From a virus (lineage: Duplodnaviria; Caudoviricetes), in IMG/VR virus record IMGVR_UViG_3300044878_000091, positions 1 through 39,445 of that record: a DNA stretch of 39,445 nt; one strand, 5' to 3'. The position numbers and the translations under genes are program-made. Shown piece by piece: positions 6,467 to 15,126 of the stretch; position 1 is the first letter of the stretch; every line of letters begins with the position of its first letter. The notes under the pieces were generated by a model. That model made no database searches and was not told the origin of the DNA. It worked only from the letters and a program-made list of their open reading frames with translations.

Positions 6467-6736
6467 ATGGCTACTACATCGAACGGCGTGGACTACCAGC
6501 CGGACATAGAGATTGCTAACCGCATCCTGACCGCCCTCATCAACAAGAGCATGACCCTCAAGGCACTCACCGAAGCAACCGGGATCACATACCCGACACT
6601 CCGCCGCAGCATCCAGCAGGACCGCCCCAACCGCCGCAGCTTCACAGTCAGTGAGCTCGGCAAAGTCGCCACCGCACTGAACGTACATCCCTCCACGCTC
6701 ATGCCGGCCGAATTCGCTTCTCGGGACGCAGCATGA
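6467..6736 (+). CDS. Cro-like XRE HTH protein
   Basis: MTLKALTEATGITYPTLRRSI HTH; first gene of the lytic operon; ATG 6 nt after TATAGT. Confidence 0.85.
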   Translation: MATTSNGVDYQPDIEIANRILTALINKSMTLKALTEATGITYPTLRRSIQQDRPNRRSFTVSELGKVATALNVHPSTLMPAEFASRDAA

Positions 6737-6915
6737 GCAAGCTCGCATACTCCATCCCCGAAGCCGCAGAGATCGCCTCGACATCAGTGAGCGTCCTCCG
6801 CCGCAAGATCGCCGCACACGACATCACCGTCCGCTACGTCGGAACCAAGCCAGTCATCCTCGCAGACGAACTGAAAGCCTGGCTCGAAGCACTCCCCACC
6901 GAAGCACCCCAGTAA
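6733..6915 (+). CDS. Excisionase-like HTH protein
   Basis: LAYSIPEAAEIASTSVSVLRRKI...ILADELKAWLEALP; ATGA overlap with cro. Confidence 0.8.
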   Translation: MSKLAYSIPEAAEIASTSVSVLRRKIAAHDITVRYVGTKPVILADELKAWLEALPTEAPQ

Positions 6916-7035
6916 CACCCGCTGCAGCGCTAAGCGCCGGCACACCGCACCACCTTCGCCCACTTCTGGGCACTCCCCCACATCAGACCCGCCCCCTCTT
7001 GTCTTTCGAGACTCGAGTTTCCTAGGGAGAACTCT

Positions 7036-7266
7036 GTGTTTTTCAAGTTTGTAGATCAGTCCGCACCCAAGAACGACATCCGAGACGCGCTCCTCTACAC
7101 GGCGCAGGAGAACGGCGAGGAGTTGTCCAGGGCCCGCGCTGACAAGCTGGCCAACAAATTCAAGCGGGGCGAGTTCGATCCAGACCTCGCCCGCTTCATC
7201 CAGTACAGCGACCCCGTCGGCGAGGCGGCAGCGCGCAACGTCGACCGCGAGCGCATGGCGGCATAA
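7036..7266 (+). CDS. Hypothetical protein
   Basis: GGGAG RBS before GTG; good codon usage. Confidence 0.65.
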   Translation: MFFKFVDQSAPKNDIRDALLYTAQENGEELSRARADKLANKFKRGEFDPDLARFIQYSDPVGEAAARNVDRERMAA

Positions 7267-7339
7267 GCCGCCTGTCCGCCCGTAGAAAGTGCCTTCGATG
7301 CAGCCTTCCCACAATGCATCCCGGGCCCGAGACAAAACT

Positions 7340-7372
7340 AAGGCGGCCACCGCGCAAGGTGACCGCCTTTTT
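7340..7372 (+). terminator. Intra-operon terminator
   Basis: AAGGCGG.CACC-GCGCAA-GGTG.CCGCCTT plus T-run. Confidence 0.7.
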
Positions 7373-7397
7373 CATACCCACAACCAAGGAGTAAGCA

Positions 7398-8150
7398 ATG
7401 ACCACTCTACAGCTGTTCAACTACGGTACGCAGGAAGTCCGCACGGTCCTCATCGACGGCGAGCCGTGGTTCGTCGCCGCTGACGTCGCCCGGATCCTCG
7501 GCTACCGCATGGCATCCGACATGACGCGCCGCCTTGACGAAGAAGACAGGGGTACGCGCTCAGTGCGTACCCTATCCGGAGGACAGGACATGACGGTCAT
7601 CACCGAGCCTGGACTGTATGTCGCTGTTCTCGGCAGCCAGGTCGCCGGGGCCCGGGCCTTCAAGCGCTGGATCACGCACGAGGTCCTGCCGGCGATCCGC
7701 AAGACGGGCGCCTACTCAACGGTACCGACCCTCCCCCAGTCGTACAGCGCAGCGCTGCGAGAACTGGCGGCAAGCGTTGAGGCGCGTGAGGCCTTGGAGA
7801 AGAAGGTTGCCTCAGACGCTCCGAAGGTACTGTTCGCGGATTCCGTGGCCACATCTGAAACGACAATCCTGGTAGGCGACATGGCCAAGATCCTCCGCGG
7901 CAATGGCGTCATCATCGGAGCGAACCGCCTATTCTCCCAGCTCCGCGCAGACGGATATCTCATCCGCCGGCAGGGCACGGACTGGAACATGCCAACGCAG
8001 CGGGCCATGGAGCTAGGCCTGTTCAAAGTCAAGGAAACCGCCGTCACCCATTCAGACGGCCACGTGACGGTCTCCAAGACGCCCAAGGTCACCGGCAAGG
8101 GGCAGGCATACTTCGTAACCCGCTACGCAAGCAAGGCAATAGCCGCATGA
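7398..8150 (+). CDS. Antirepressor (BRO-N plus ANT/KilA-C domain)
   Basis: EVRTVLIDGEPWFVAADVARILGY, FKRWITHEVLPAIRKTGAY, APKVLFADSV, NMPTQRAMELGLF, TPKVTGKGQAYF. Confidence 0.92.
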   Translation: MTTLQLFNYGTQEVRTVLIDGEPWFVAADVARILGYRMASDMTRRLDEEDRGTRSVRTLSGGQDMTVITEPGLYVAVLGSQVAGARAFKRWITHEVLPAIRKTGAYSTVPTLPQSYSAALRELAASVEAREALEKKVASDAPKVLFADSVATSETTILVGDMAKILRGNGVIIGANRLFSQLRADGYLIRRQGTDWNMPTQRAMELGLFKVKETAVTHSDGHVTVSKTPKVTGKGQAYFVTRYASKAIAA

Positions 8151-8347
8151 ACGACGGAACAGTGAAGCGCGCTGTCCGCCACGGCGCCCGCACCCGGCCC
8201 ATTGAACATAAGCCCCGCCCGAAGGTGATTCGCGGCGACGTCGCACTGCCCCGGGACGAGCTGGCCCTCGCTATGGAGATGGCGCGGGCTGACCGCATCA
8301 AGCAGGACATCCGAGATTACGCACACCGAAAGAGGTTGACCGCATGA
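8147..8347 (+). CDS. Hypothetical basic protein
   Basis: ATGA overlap with the upstream gene in the coupled early operon. Confidence 0.6.
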   Translation: MNDGTVKRAVRHGARTRPIEHKPRPKVIRGDVALPRDELALAMEMARADRIKQDIRDYAHRKRLTA

Positions 8348-8412
8348 ACACCGACGACGAATGCACCGACGTTCACGCTCTCCGGACCGAGTTCTCGGTG
8401 ATGTGCGCATGA
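8344..8412 (+). CDS. 22-aa mini-ORF (MNTDDECTDVHALRTEFSVMCA)
   Basis: GAGG RBS and ATGA overlaps at both ends; fills the gap between neighbours exactly. Confidence 0.5.
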   Translation: MNTDDECTDVHALRTEFSVMCA

Positions 8413-8693
8413 AGGCCGCGGTTCTCGAAGACTCCCACGAAGCCTGGCACGAGGACGCGGTCGCGACGATCTTGGCTCTGTCCCTAGCGCATGGAGTGTT
8501 CTCGGCTGATGACCTCGCCCGGGAGATGCGCCGGCCACCTCACCCGAACGCCCCGGGCCAGGCATTCAGTACGGCACGGGCCCTCGGTTACATCACGGCC
8601 GTCGGCTACCAGCAGTCCACAACCAAGTCCCGCAAAAACGGCGTCATCCGTGTGTGGACGCGCCAACCCGCCAGCAAAGGAGCTGCAGCATGA
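8409..8693 (+). CDS. Hypothetical protein, possible winged-helix
   Basis: FSADDL...PPHPNAPGQAF...GYI...VW pattern; ATGA overlaps. Confidence 0.7.
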   Translation: MKAAVLEDSHEAWHEDAVATILALSLAHGVFSADDLAREMRRPPHPNAPGQAFSTARALGYITAVGYQQSTTKSRKNGVIRVWTRQPASKGAAA

Positions 8694-8833
8694 ACGCACC
8701 ATTCCTCGTCGTCCTCGTGATGGCCATCGGCTTCGGCATATACGCCTTGTACGCCCGCCACCTTGACCGCATGGACGAATACCACCTGATGCACGGGCCG
8801 GCGTCCGGCTGCCTCGAATGCGAGGGGAAATGA
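8690..8833 (+). CDS. 47-aa single-TM protein with C-terminal CxxC
   Basis: AAGGAG RBS; MNAPFLVVLVMAIGFGIYALYARH...GCLECEGK; ATGA overlaps at both ends. Confidence 0.65.
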   Translation: MNAPFLVVLVMAIGFGIYALYARHLDRMDEYHLMHGPASGCLECEGK

Positions 8834-9027
8834 GCCAGATCCCGGGGTTCGAGTCAGCGCAGCGCGCGTTCGAGAACATGCTCCCACCTGAGGACGTCGA
8901 GCAATGCGAGGACGGCGACTGCGACGAGTGCATGGAGTGCTTGGCCGCGATCGCGCAGGACCAGGCAGACGCATACGCCGAGGGTCAGTGGGAAGAACAC
9001 CGACTCGAAAGCTGGTACGACGCATGA
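8830..9027 (+). CDS. Acidic Cys-rich hypothetical protein
   Basis: GAGGGG RBS; CEDGDCDECMEC; ATGA overlaps. Confidence 0.65.
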   Translation: MSQIPGFESAQRAFENMLPPEDVEQCEDGDCDECMECLAAIAQDQADAYAEGQWEEHRLESWYDA

Positions 9028-9215
9028 TCGACCCCGCCACCATCGCCGCCGCGCTGGCCTCGTCAGAGGCCACCGTGACAGCCCTCGAATCCCTCGCCCG
9101 CAAGCATGCCGGGAAGCCGACTGAGCTGGACGCCCGAATCCTCCTGCGCGCCGCCCGACGCATCACCCGCAACCTCCGCCAGCTACTCGCCAGCACCGAA
9201 AGAAGGACAGCATGA
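9024..9215 (+). CDS. Hypothetical helical protein
   Basis: ATGA-coupled at both ends. Confidence 0.65.
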   Translation: MIDPATIAAALASSEATVTALESLARKHAGKPTELDARILLRAARRITRNLRQLLASTERRTA

Positions 9216-9460
9216 CGCAACCGTTCCAGCACTACGAAGAGGCGACCGCACTGCTCGCTGACAATCCCGGCGAATACGAAATCGAGAAATCGAAAGCTCT
9301 GGCCACCCTCGCGCTGGTTGCCGAGCAGCGCACCGCCAACCTGATCGCCTTCGAGCGCACCCAGTGGGACGCGTGGCGCCGCGACGAACTAAAACCCGAA
9401 GGCGTGGAGCTGTGGACCAAGGCCGCCAACCAGATCACCGAACGGCTGGGGCTCGCGTGA
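9212..9460 (+). CDS. Hypothetical protein
   Basis: AAGGA RBS; ATLALVAEQRTANLIA motif common in actinophage small proteins. Confidence 0.7.
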   Translation: MTQPFQHYEEATALLADNPGEYEIEKSKALATLALVAEQRTANLIAFERTQWDAWRRDELKPEGVELWTKAANQITERLGLA

Positions 9461-9651
9461 GCACGTTCGAAGCGAAGTTCGGAGGGATCTGTGGATCCTG
9501 CACGGAGCGCATCCACATAGGCGACCCGGCAACCTACGCCGGGGACACAGTCGTGCACGCAAGCTGCGACGACACCGCCCAGCCGGAACGCAAGACCGAA
9601 ACATGTCCCGACTGCTGGCTGACAAAGCCGTGCGACTGCGAGGAGCGCTGA
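9457..9651 (+). CDS. Zinc-finger-like hypothetical protein
   Basis: GTGA overlap; FEAKFGGICGSC...HASC...CPDCWLTKPCDC. Confidence 0.65.
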   Translation: MSTFEAKFGGICGSCTERIHIGDPATYAGDTVVHASCDDTAQPERKTETCPDCWLTKPCDCEER

Positions 9652-9836
9652 TGAGCGGGTATGAAGCCGACAAGGACGGCACCGACAGCTACCACCCCGA
9701 GCACCCATGGGAGCAGGTAGGCCACAAGCTCTACATCTATCCGTGGGACCGGACCAAAGCCAACTGGCCGCCATGTGCAGCCGTCGCGGCAGGCCCTTCG
9801 GAACGGGCCGCATGGGCGGGACTCCCCGATGCCTGA
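9651..9836 (+). CDS. Hypothetical protein
   Basis: AGGAG RBS and TGATG overlap. Confidence 0.55.
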   Translation: MSGYEADKDGTDSYHPEHPWEQVGHKLYIYPWDRTKANWPPCAAVAAGPSERAAWAGLPDA

Positions 9837-9972
9837 GTTTGAGGCTGACGGCGAGCAGCCCGAGGCGGACGCCGCCGAGTACCTCGCCGCGATCCTCACC
9901 CGCCGCCGGCGTAAGTGCATAGCGGAGGGCGCGCACCCGGAGGAAGGCGACTGTCCGAGGTGCGGGCTATGA
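9829..9972 (+). CDS. Small zinc-binding hypothetical protein
   Basis: C...H...CPRC at the C-terminus; overlaps neighbours. Confidence 0.5.
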   Translation: MPEFEADGEQPEADAAEYLAAILTRRRRKCIAEGAHPEEGDCPRCGL

Positions 9973-10103
9973 GGCACTGCGCGCACTGCGGCCACTGGCA
10001 CGGTGACGCGAAGTGCCAGGCCATCACGCACACGGAGTCCGGCGGGGCACGCCGATGCTGCTGCACCGGTGAGCCTAATTCAGGTTTCCACCCCGAACCC
10101 TAA
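9969..10103 (+). CDS. Small Cys/His-rich protein
   Basis: GAGGTG RBS, ATGA overlap; CAHCGHWH...C...CCC. Confidence 0.5.
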   Translation: MRHCAHCGHWHGDAKCQAITHTESGGARRCCCTGEPNSGFHPEP

Positions 10104-10175
10104 ACAAGCCATCCACTATTCAGGGTTAGGGCCCGAAAAACCCGAAACGACTGATTACCCACAATCAACCTCCAC

Positions 10176-10198
10176 GGCGCCTGAATGGGCGCCTTTTT
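10176..10198 (+). terminator. Intra-operon terminator
   Basis: GGCGCCT-GAAT-GGGCGCC followed by TTTTT. Confidence 0.65.
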
Positions 10199-10212
10199 CA
10201 TGGGAGCAACAC

Positions 10213-10890
10213 ATGAGCCTGCAAGTTTTCAACGAGATCGAACAGGGCACGGACGAATGGCACGCGATACGCCGCGGCATCATCACCGCATCCGTCGTGG
10301 GCCAGCTCATCACACCCAAAACGGTCAAGCCCGCGAGCAACGACACGTCCCGCAGCCTGACGGCTTCCCTCGCCGCTGAACGCATCACCGGATACACCGA
10401 ACCATTCAGGACCTCGGCCGACATGGAACGTGGCACCCTCGACGAGCCATACGCCCGCGAAATCTACGACGAGCACTACGCACCAGTGACCGAGACCGGC
10501 TTCATGATCCGCGACGACACCGGCCACAAGATCGGATACTCACCGGATGGATTGGTGGGCGAGGACGGGCTTATCGAAATCAAGTCCCGCCTCCAAAAAA
10601 TCCACCTCGCGACCATCCTGGACGATGAAGTGCCACTCGCAAACATGGCGCAAATCCAGTGCGGACTGCTCGTCTCCGGGCGCGACTGGTGCGACTACGT
10701 CTCCTACTGCGGCGGGATGCCCCTCTACGTGAAGCGCGTCCTGCCTGACGCCGGATGGTTCAACGCGATCAACGCGGCCGTCGCTGCGTTCGAGGCGTCC
10801 GCAGCGGAAATGATCGACACCTACCTGGCCGCCATCGACGGCAGGCCAGCAACCGAACGCATCGACCACTACGAAGAGATGAGGTTCTAG
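10213..10890 (+). CDS. YqaJ/lambda-exonuclease family nuclease
   Basis: EQGTDEWHAIRRGIITAS, MERGTLDEP, YSPDGLV, IEIK, QIQCGL, WCDYVSY; GGGAG RBS. Confidence 0.92.
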   Translation: MSLQVFNEIEQGTDEWHAIRRGIITASVVGQLITPKTVKPASNDTSRSLTASLAAERITGYTEPFRTSADMERGTLDEPYAREIYDEHYAPVTETGFMIRDDTGHKIGYSPDGLVGEDGLIEIKSRLQKIHLATILDDEVPLANMAQIQCGLLVSGRDWCDYVSYCGGMPLYVKRVLPDAGWFNAINAAVAAFEASAAEMIDTYLAAIDGRPATERIDHYEEMRF

Positions 10891-10898
10891 CCGTGGAG

Positions 10899-11336
10899 AT
10901 GGGGCTCTCATCAAACGCGATTGCCTACGGTGGCCGCGATCACCCGTGGGACCCGAGCGACCTGCGGCGATGCGTCAACTACTGCGAAGGCCGGATAAGC
11001 ACGCCCGAGCTGCAAAAACGCATGGCTGGCCGCTCAATCTACTGGGACCGCCTACTACCCGAGTGGGACAACCTGGCCGCCTTACTGCGGCACGAGATGG
11101 ACACGCGGACAGACGCCACGGCACCGCGCACCTACGCCGCCATGAAACGCGTCCTAGACGACGGCATCGCATGCGCCACCTGCGACTCAACTGGCCGCGG
11201 CAACGTATGCGCCAAATGCAAAGGCTCAGGCCGCCGGAGCGGTGGGCGGTGCCGAGCCGACCGCTGCTTCAGGGGCGCCGACTTCTGCCCCGCCTGCGAC
11301 GGACGCGGCTACACAACTACCGAGAAAGCTAAATGA
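10899..11336 (+). CDS. Protein with C-terminal DnaJ-type zinc finger
   Basis: HPWDPSDLRRC N-terminal motif; CATCDSTG, CAKCKGSG and CPACDGRG repeats. Confidence 0.7.
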   Translation: MGLSSNAIAYGGRDHPWDPSDLRRCVNYCEGRISTPELQKRMAGRSIYWDRLLPEWDNLAALLRHEMDTRTDATAPRTYAAMKRVLDDGIACATCDSTGRGNVCAKCKGSGRRSGGRCRADRCFRGADFCPACDGRGYTTTEKAK

Positions 11337-11902
11337 ACATGGACATGACCGAAAGCATCGCGCCGAAGAGCGACCAGCTCGACGCTGTTGACCTCCTCTC
11401 CGGCCCGCGCACCTTCACGATCGAGAAGGTAAGCAAGAACAACCCCGAACAGCCGTTCAACTTCCACCTGGCCGAGTTCCCCCGTGTATGGCGGCCCGGG
11501 AAGTCCATGCGGCGGGTCATCGTCGCCGCGTGGGGCCCGGACGCCACCAAGTACGCCGGCCATCGCCTGACGCTCTACTGCGACCCAACAGTCCAGTTCG
11601 GCGGCGAGGCGATCGGCGGCTCACGCATCAGCCACATGACCGGCATCGACAAGCCCCTCCGCGTCCCACTCCTCGTCAAGCGTGGGAAGAGCGAAGTATT
11701 CACAGTCCAGCCACTCCACGACGCCAAACCGGCAGGCACCGAACCAGCCGCGCAGACCATCAGCGACAAGGTAAAGGCCGACACCGCCAAAGCCATCGCC
11801 GAGAACGACGTCACCGGCTACCTCGAATACCTGGCCGCGAACAACGCGCCGCAGCACATCACCGACTACGTCACCACCACCGCAAAGGAAACCACCGCAT
11901 GA
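11333..11902 (+). CDS. Conserved phage recombination-module protein (putative ssDNA binding/annealing)
   Basis: IAPKSDQLDAVDLLSGPRTFTI...KSMRRVIVAAWG...FGGEAIGGSRISHM family; sits where an annealase usually follows the exonuclease. Confidence 0.6.
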   Translation: MNMDMTESIAPKSDQLDAVDLLSGPRTFTIEKVSKNNPEQPFNFHLAEFPRVWRPGKSMRRVIVAAWGPDATKYAGHRLTLYCDPTVQFGGEAIGGSRISHMTGIDKPLRVPLLVKRGKSEVFTVQPLHDAKPAGTEPAAQTISDKVKADTAKAIAENDVTGYLEYLAANNAPQHITDYVTTTAKETTA

Positions 11903-13113
11903 GCAAGATCATTCGACTCGCGACCACCAACTACAAGCGCATGGTCGCGGCGGAAATTACTCCCGACCCGGACGGCAACCTAGTCATCGTCGCCGGCAAG
12001 AACGGGCAGGGCAAGACGTCCCTCCTCGACAGCATCACCGCCGCGCTGGGCGGCGTGAACGCGAAGACCACGCCGAAGCCGATCCGCGACGGCGAAGAGC
12101 GCGCCGAGATCGTGCTGGAGACGGAAGAGCTCATCGTCACCCGCAAGTTCACGGCCTCCGGATCCACGCTCACGGTCAAGTCGATCGATGGCGCCGTGTA
12201 CCCGAAGGGCCAGGCGAAGCTGGATGACCTGCTCGGCAAGCTCTCCCTCGACCCGCTCGCGTTCACGCAGCTGTCCGACCGGGACCAGCTGGCCACCCTG
12301 CTCGATCTCGTTGAATTGCCCTTTGACCTCGACAAGCTCGCGGCCGAGCGCAAGGAAACCTTCGAGCAGCGCGCCGAAGCGAACCGCGGCGTGAAGTCCC
12401 TCGCCGGCCAGCTCGCCGGATACCCGACCTTCGACGTCGACAACGACTACGAAGAGGTCAGTGTCTCCGCATTGATCGCCGAATACCGAGCCGGGCAGGC
12501 ACTCAACGAGAAGATCGCCGAAGCGGACCGCGCCGTCGAAGCATGGCGAGCCAAAGTCGATCGACTGACCGCAGAGCTGGCCGAAGCTCAGGCCGCACTC
12601 GACATCGCCTCCGACTACTCAGCCAAGGCCCCCGCGCCCGTTGACGTCGACGCCATCCAGGAGAAGATTGACGACGCCGAGCAGACCAACGCGAAGGCCC
12701 GCGAGTACAGCGACTACTTGGCCATCGTCAGCAAGCACGCCGACGCAGTGGCCGACGCCGACAAGCTGACTGCGCGCCTCGCCGAAATTGACCAGAAGAA
12801 GGCCGCCGGCCTCGAAGCCGCGACGTTCCCGATCGAAGGTCTCGGCTTCGACGAAACCGGCGTCACCTACCAGGGCGTCCCGTTCAAACAGGCTTCCGGC
12901 GCCGAACAGCTCCGCGTGTCCCTCGCCATGGCCATCGCACTCAACCCCAAGCTCCGCGTCATCCGCATCGCCGACGGCTCCCTCCTCGACACCGACAACC
13001 TCGCCCTCGTGGAAGCTGTCGCCAAGGAAAACGACTTCCAAGTCTGGATTGAGATGGTCGGCGACGGCGACGGCCGCGGCATCATCATCGAAGACGGCGA
13101 GGTCAAGGAATGA
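11899..13113 (+). CDS. SMC/Rad50-like ABC ATPase with short coiled coil
   Basis: Walker A GKNGQGKTS, central coiled coil, signature ASGAEQ, Walker B/D-loop IRIADGSLLD; AAGGA RBS at ATG 11899. Confidence 0.88.
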   Translation: MSKIIRLATTNYKRMVAAEITPDPDGNLVIVAGKNGQGKTSLLDSITAALGGVNAKTTPKPIRDGEERAEIVLETEELIVTRKFTASGSTLTVKSIDGAVYPKGQAKLDDLLGKLSLDPLAFTQLSDRDQLATLLDLVELPFDLDKLAAERKETFEQRAEANRGVKSLAGQLAGYPTFDVDNDYEEVSVSALIAEYRAGQALNEKIAEADRAVEAWRAKVDRLTAELAEAQAALDIASDYSAKAPAPVDVDAIQEKIDDAEQTNAKAREYSDYLAIVSKHADAVADADKLTARLAEIDQKKAAGLEAATFPIEGLGFDETGVTYQGVPFKQASGAEQLRVSLAMAIALNPKLRVIRIADGSLLDTDNLALVEAVAKENDFQVWIEMVGDGDGRGIIIEDGEVKE

Positions 13114-13589
13114 GCGACGAGACATACCTGACCGTCAAGGGCCGACTCACCGCCGACCCGGAACTCAGATACGCCCAGTCCGGGTCCGCCGTCACGAACT
13201 TCACTGTTGCCACAAGGTCCAGGAGGTTCGACAAGAACACCAACGAGTGGAAGGACCAGCCGACGAAGTTCTGGCGTTGCGCGGCATGGGACCAAGGCAA
13301 GCTGGCCCGGGCCCAGAACATCGCCAACCTCCTCAAAAAGTCGGACAACGTCATTGTCTACGGCGAACTGACCACCCGCGAATACGAGACCAAGGAAGGC
13401 GAAAAGCGTTCCGTCGACGAGATCCGTGTTGAGTCCATCGGCAAGGACCTCACCTTCCACGGGCAGGCCTACCAGAACAACGACGCTGCCGCCGCCGGCG
13501 GAAGCTGGGGCGGCAACGAGCAGGCCGCGGGGGGATGGGGCAACCCGCCTGCCACCGACCAGCCCGGCAGCCAAGGCGGCTGGGGATAG
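13110..13589 (+). CDS. ssb: Single-stranded DNA-binding protein
   Basis: GRLTADPELRY...SGSAVTNFTVA...REYETKEGEKRS OB fold with Gly-rich tail. Confidence 0.95.
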   Translation: MSDETYLTVKGRLTADPELRYAQSGSAVTNFTVATRSRRFDKNTNEWKDQPTKFWRCAAWDQGKLARAQNIANLLKKSDNVIVYGELTTREYETKEGEKRSVDEIRVESIGKDLTFHGQAYQNNDAAAAGGSWGGNEQAAGGWGNPPATDQPGSQGGWG

Positions 13590-13620
13590 CCCCCAAGTCA
13601 ACGAGAGAAGGGAATCACGC

Positions 13621-14226
13621 ATGACAACGGTTGAATTCAAGGAATGGCCCAAGACGCCGCGGCTACTCCGCAACATCACTATCACCGAGAAGATTGATGG
13701 GACCAACGCCGCCATCGGCATCATTCCCAGCGACGACTACAACGACCCGAACATCATGGCGCACGTCGCACTTGATGGCGATGTGTTCGGCGTCTATGCG
13801 CAGTCCAGGAAGCGGCTCATTACGCCCGGGAAGTCCACAGATAACTACGGCTTCGCTGGATGGGTCCAGCAGAACGCCGCCGAGCTGGTGGCGCTCCTAG
13901 GCGAGGGTCTGCACTACGGCGAATGGTGGGGCGCGGGCATCCAGCGCAAGTACGGTATGCCGACCAAGCAATTCTCACTGTTCAACACAGCGCGCCATGC
14001 CCAGCTGGAAACGACACTCAACCTGTCCGTCGTCCCCGTGCTCTACGAAGGTCCGAACGACACTGCCGCCGTGACCGCGGCGCTCGAATCGCTGCGAACC
14101 AACGGATCCTTGGCGGCGCCCGGCTTCATGAACCCCGAAGGCATCTGCATCTACCAGGCAGCATCCCGGCAAATCTCCAAGGTCACGCTGGACAAGGAAG
14201 ACGCCGGCAAGTGGGAAGCCGCTTAG
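13621..14226 (+). CDS. RNA ligase family protein (nucleotidyltransferase domain only)
   Basis: Motif I TEKIDGTN, AQSRKR, YGEWWGAGIQ, FSLFN, VVPVLYEG, PEGI. Confidence 0.85.
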   Translation: MTTVEFKEWPKTPRLLRNITITEKIDGTNAAIGIIPSDDYNDPNIMAHVALDGDVFGVYAQSRKRLITPGKSTDNYGFAGWVQQNAAELVALLGEGLHYGEWWGAGIQRKYGMPTKQFSLFNTARHAQLETTLNLSVVPVLYEGPNDTAAVTAALESLRTNGSLAAPGFMNPEGICIYQAASRQISKVTLDKEDAGKWEAA

Positions 14227-14259
14227 CCCGCTGATCTAACCCCGCCGCACCACCAACAC

Positions 14260-14283
14260 AAGCCGCCCATGAGCGGCTTTTTT
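14260..14283 (+). terminator. Intra-operon terminator
   Basis: AAGCCGC-CCATGA-GCGGCTT plus T-run. Confidence 0.7.
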
Positions 14284-14345
14284 CATGCCCTGCGGCGCCC
14301 GGCCACTCCCCCGGCCGGGCGCCGCACACACCCCGAAGGAAACCC

Positions 14346-14645
14346 ATGACCGCCGACCTCACCCAAGCTATCCAAGCGCGCGACGGCGTCGCCGTCGTCA
14401 TCTACACCAAGAACGACTGCCGCTGGTGCGACATGACCAAGATGCTCCTCGACCGCGAGCACGTGAATTACACCGCCGTCAACGTCGAAGAAGACGCCAC
14501 CGCGTTCGCCTACGTCACCGAGACGCTCAACCGCCGCGAGATGCCCGTCGTCATCGCCTCCGCAATCGAAGGCGACGAAATCTGGTCCGGGTTCCAACCC
14601 GCCATGATCCGCGAACACATCACCCACCGGGCCGACGCCGCATGA
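14346..14645 (+). CDS. nrdH: NrdH-like glutaredoxin
   Basis: IYTKNDCRWCDMTK (CxxC), MPVV, WSGFQP. Confidence 0.9.
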   Translation: MTADLTQAIQARDGVAVVIYTKNDCRWCDMTKMLLDREHVNYTAVNVEEDATAFAYVTETLNRREMPVVIASAIEGDEIWSGFQPAMIREHITHRADAA

Positions 14646-14833
14646 CCACGGATCCCTGCTGCGTCCTCTGCAAGGGCCCACACGACATCTGCCTCTCCCG
14701 GCACTCCTGCGAACACCACGTACTCGCCCAGGCGCAGGACGACGCCAACCACCGAGCCAGCCGAACCATCCGCGACCCCACCGGCGACACAGCCATCGCC
14801 AACATCACCCGAGAACGAAAGAGACGACGATGA
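14642..14833 (+). CDS. Small Cys/His-rich protein
   Basis: CCVLC...C...CEHH, DPTGDTAIANI; ATGA overlaps. Confidence 0.65.
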   Translation: MTTDPCCVLCKGPHDICLSRHSCEHHVLAQAQDDANHRASRTIRDPTGDTAIANITRERKRRR

Positions 14834-15114
14834 GCCCCCGCAAGAAGAAATCACCACCCCCGCCGTCGCACACCTTCCGAGCCATCTGGCCGATCGTGAA
14901 CGGCGCCGGTACAGCCGAGACGGATGCAGACCTCATCCTTCAAGCCCTCGGCGACCTCCCCGACGTCGCCCGGCGTCACCACGCCACCATCACCGGCACA
15001 CCACGCGCCTGCATCACCGAAGGCCGACTCATCCAGGGCTCCGGCGGCCACGCGCACGTCGTCGTCATCGAAGCGCCCGCCGTGCCCATGCCGGCACGCA
15101 ACTACCACCACTAG
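14830..15114 (+). CDS. Hypothetical protein
   Basis: ATGA-coupled ORF with phage codon usage. Confidence 0.65.
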   Translation: MSPRKKKSPPPPSHTFRAIWPIVNGAGTAETDADLILQALGDLPDVARRHHATITGTPRACITEGRLIQGSGGHAHVVVIEAPAVPMPARNYHH

Positions 15115-15126
15115 GAAGGAGGAACC

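Noticed and set aside
11488-11898. Long Arg-rich N-terminal extension of the ATPase
   Set aside because: Shadow frame of the 11333-11902 gene; the true start with RBS is 11899
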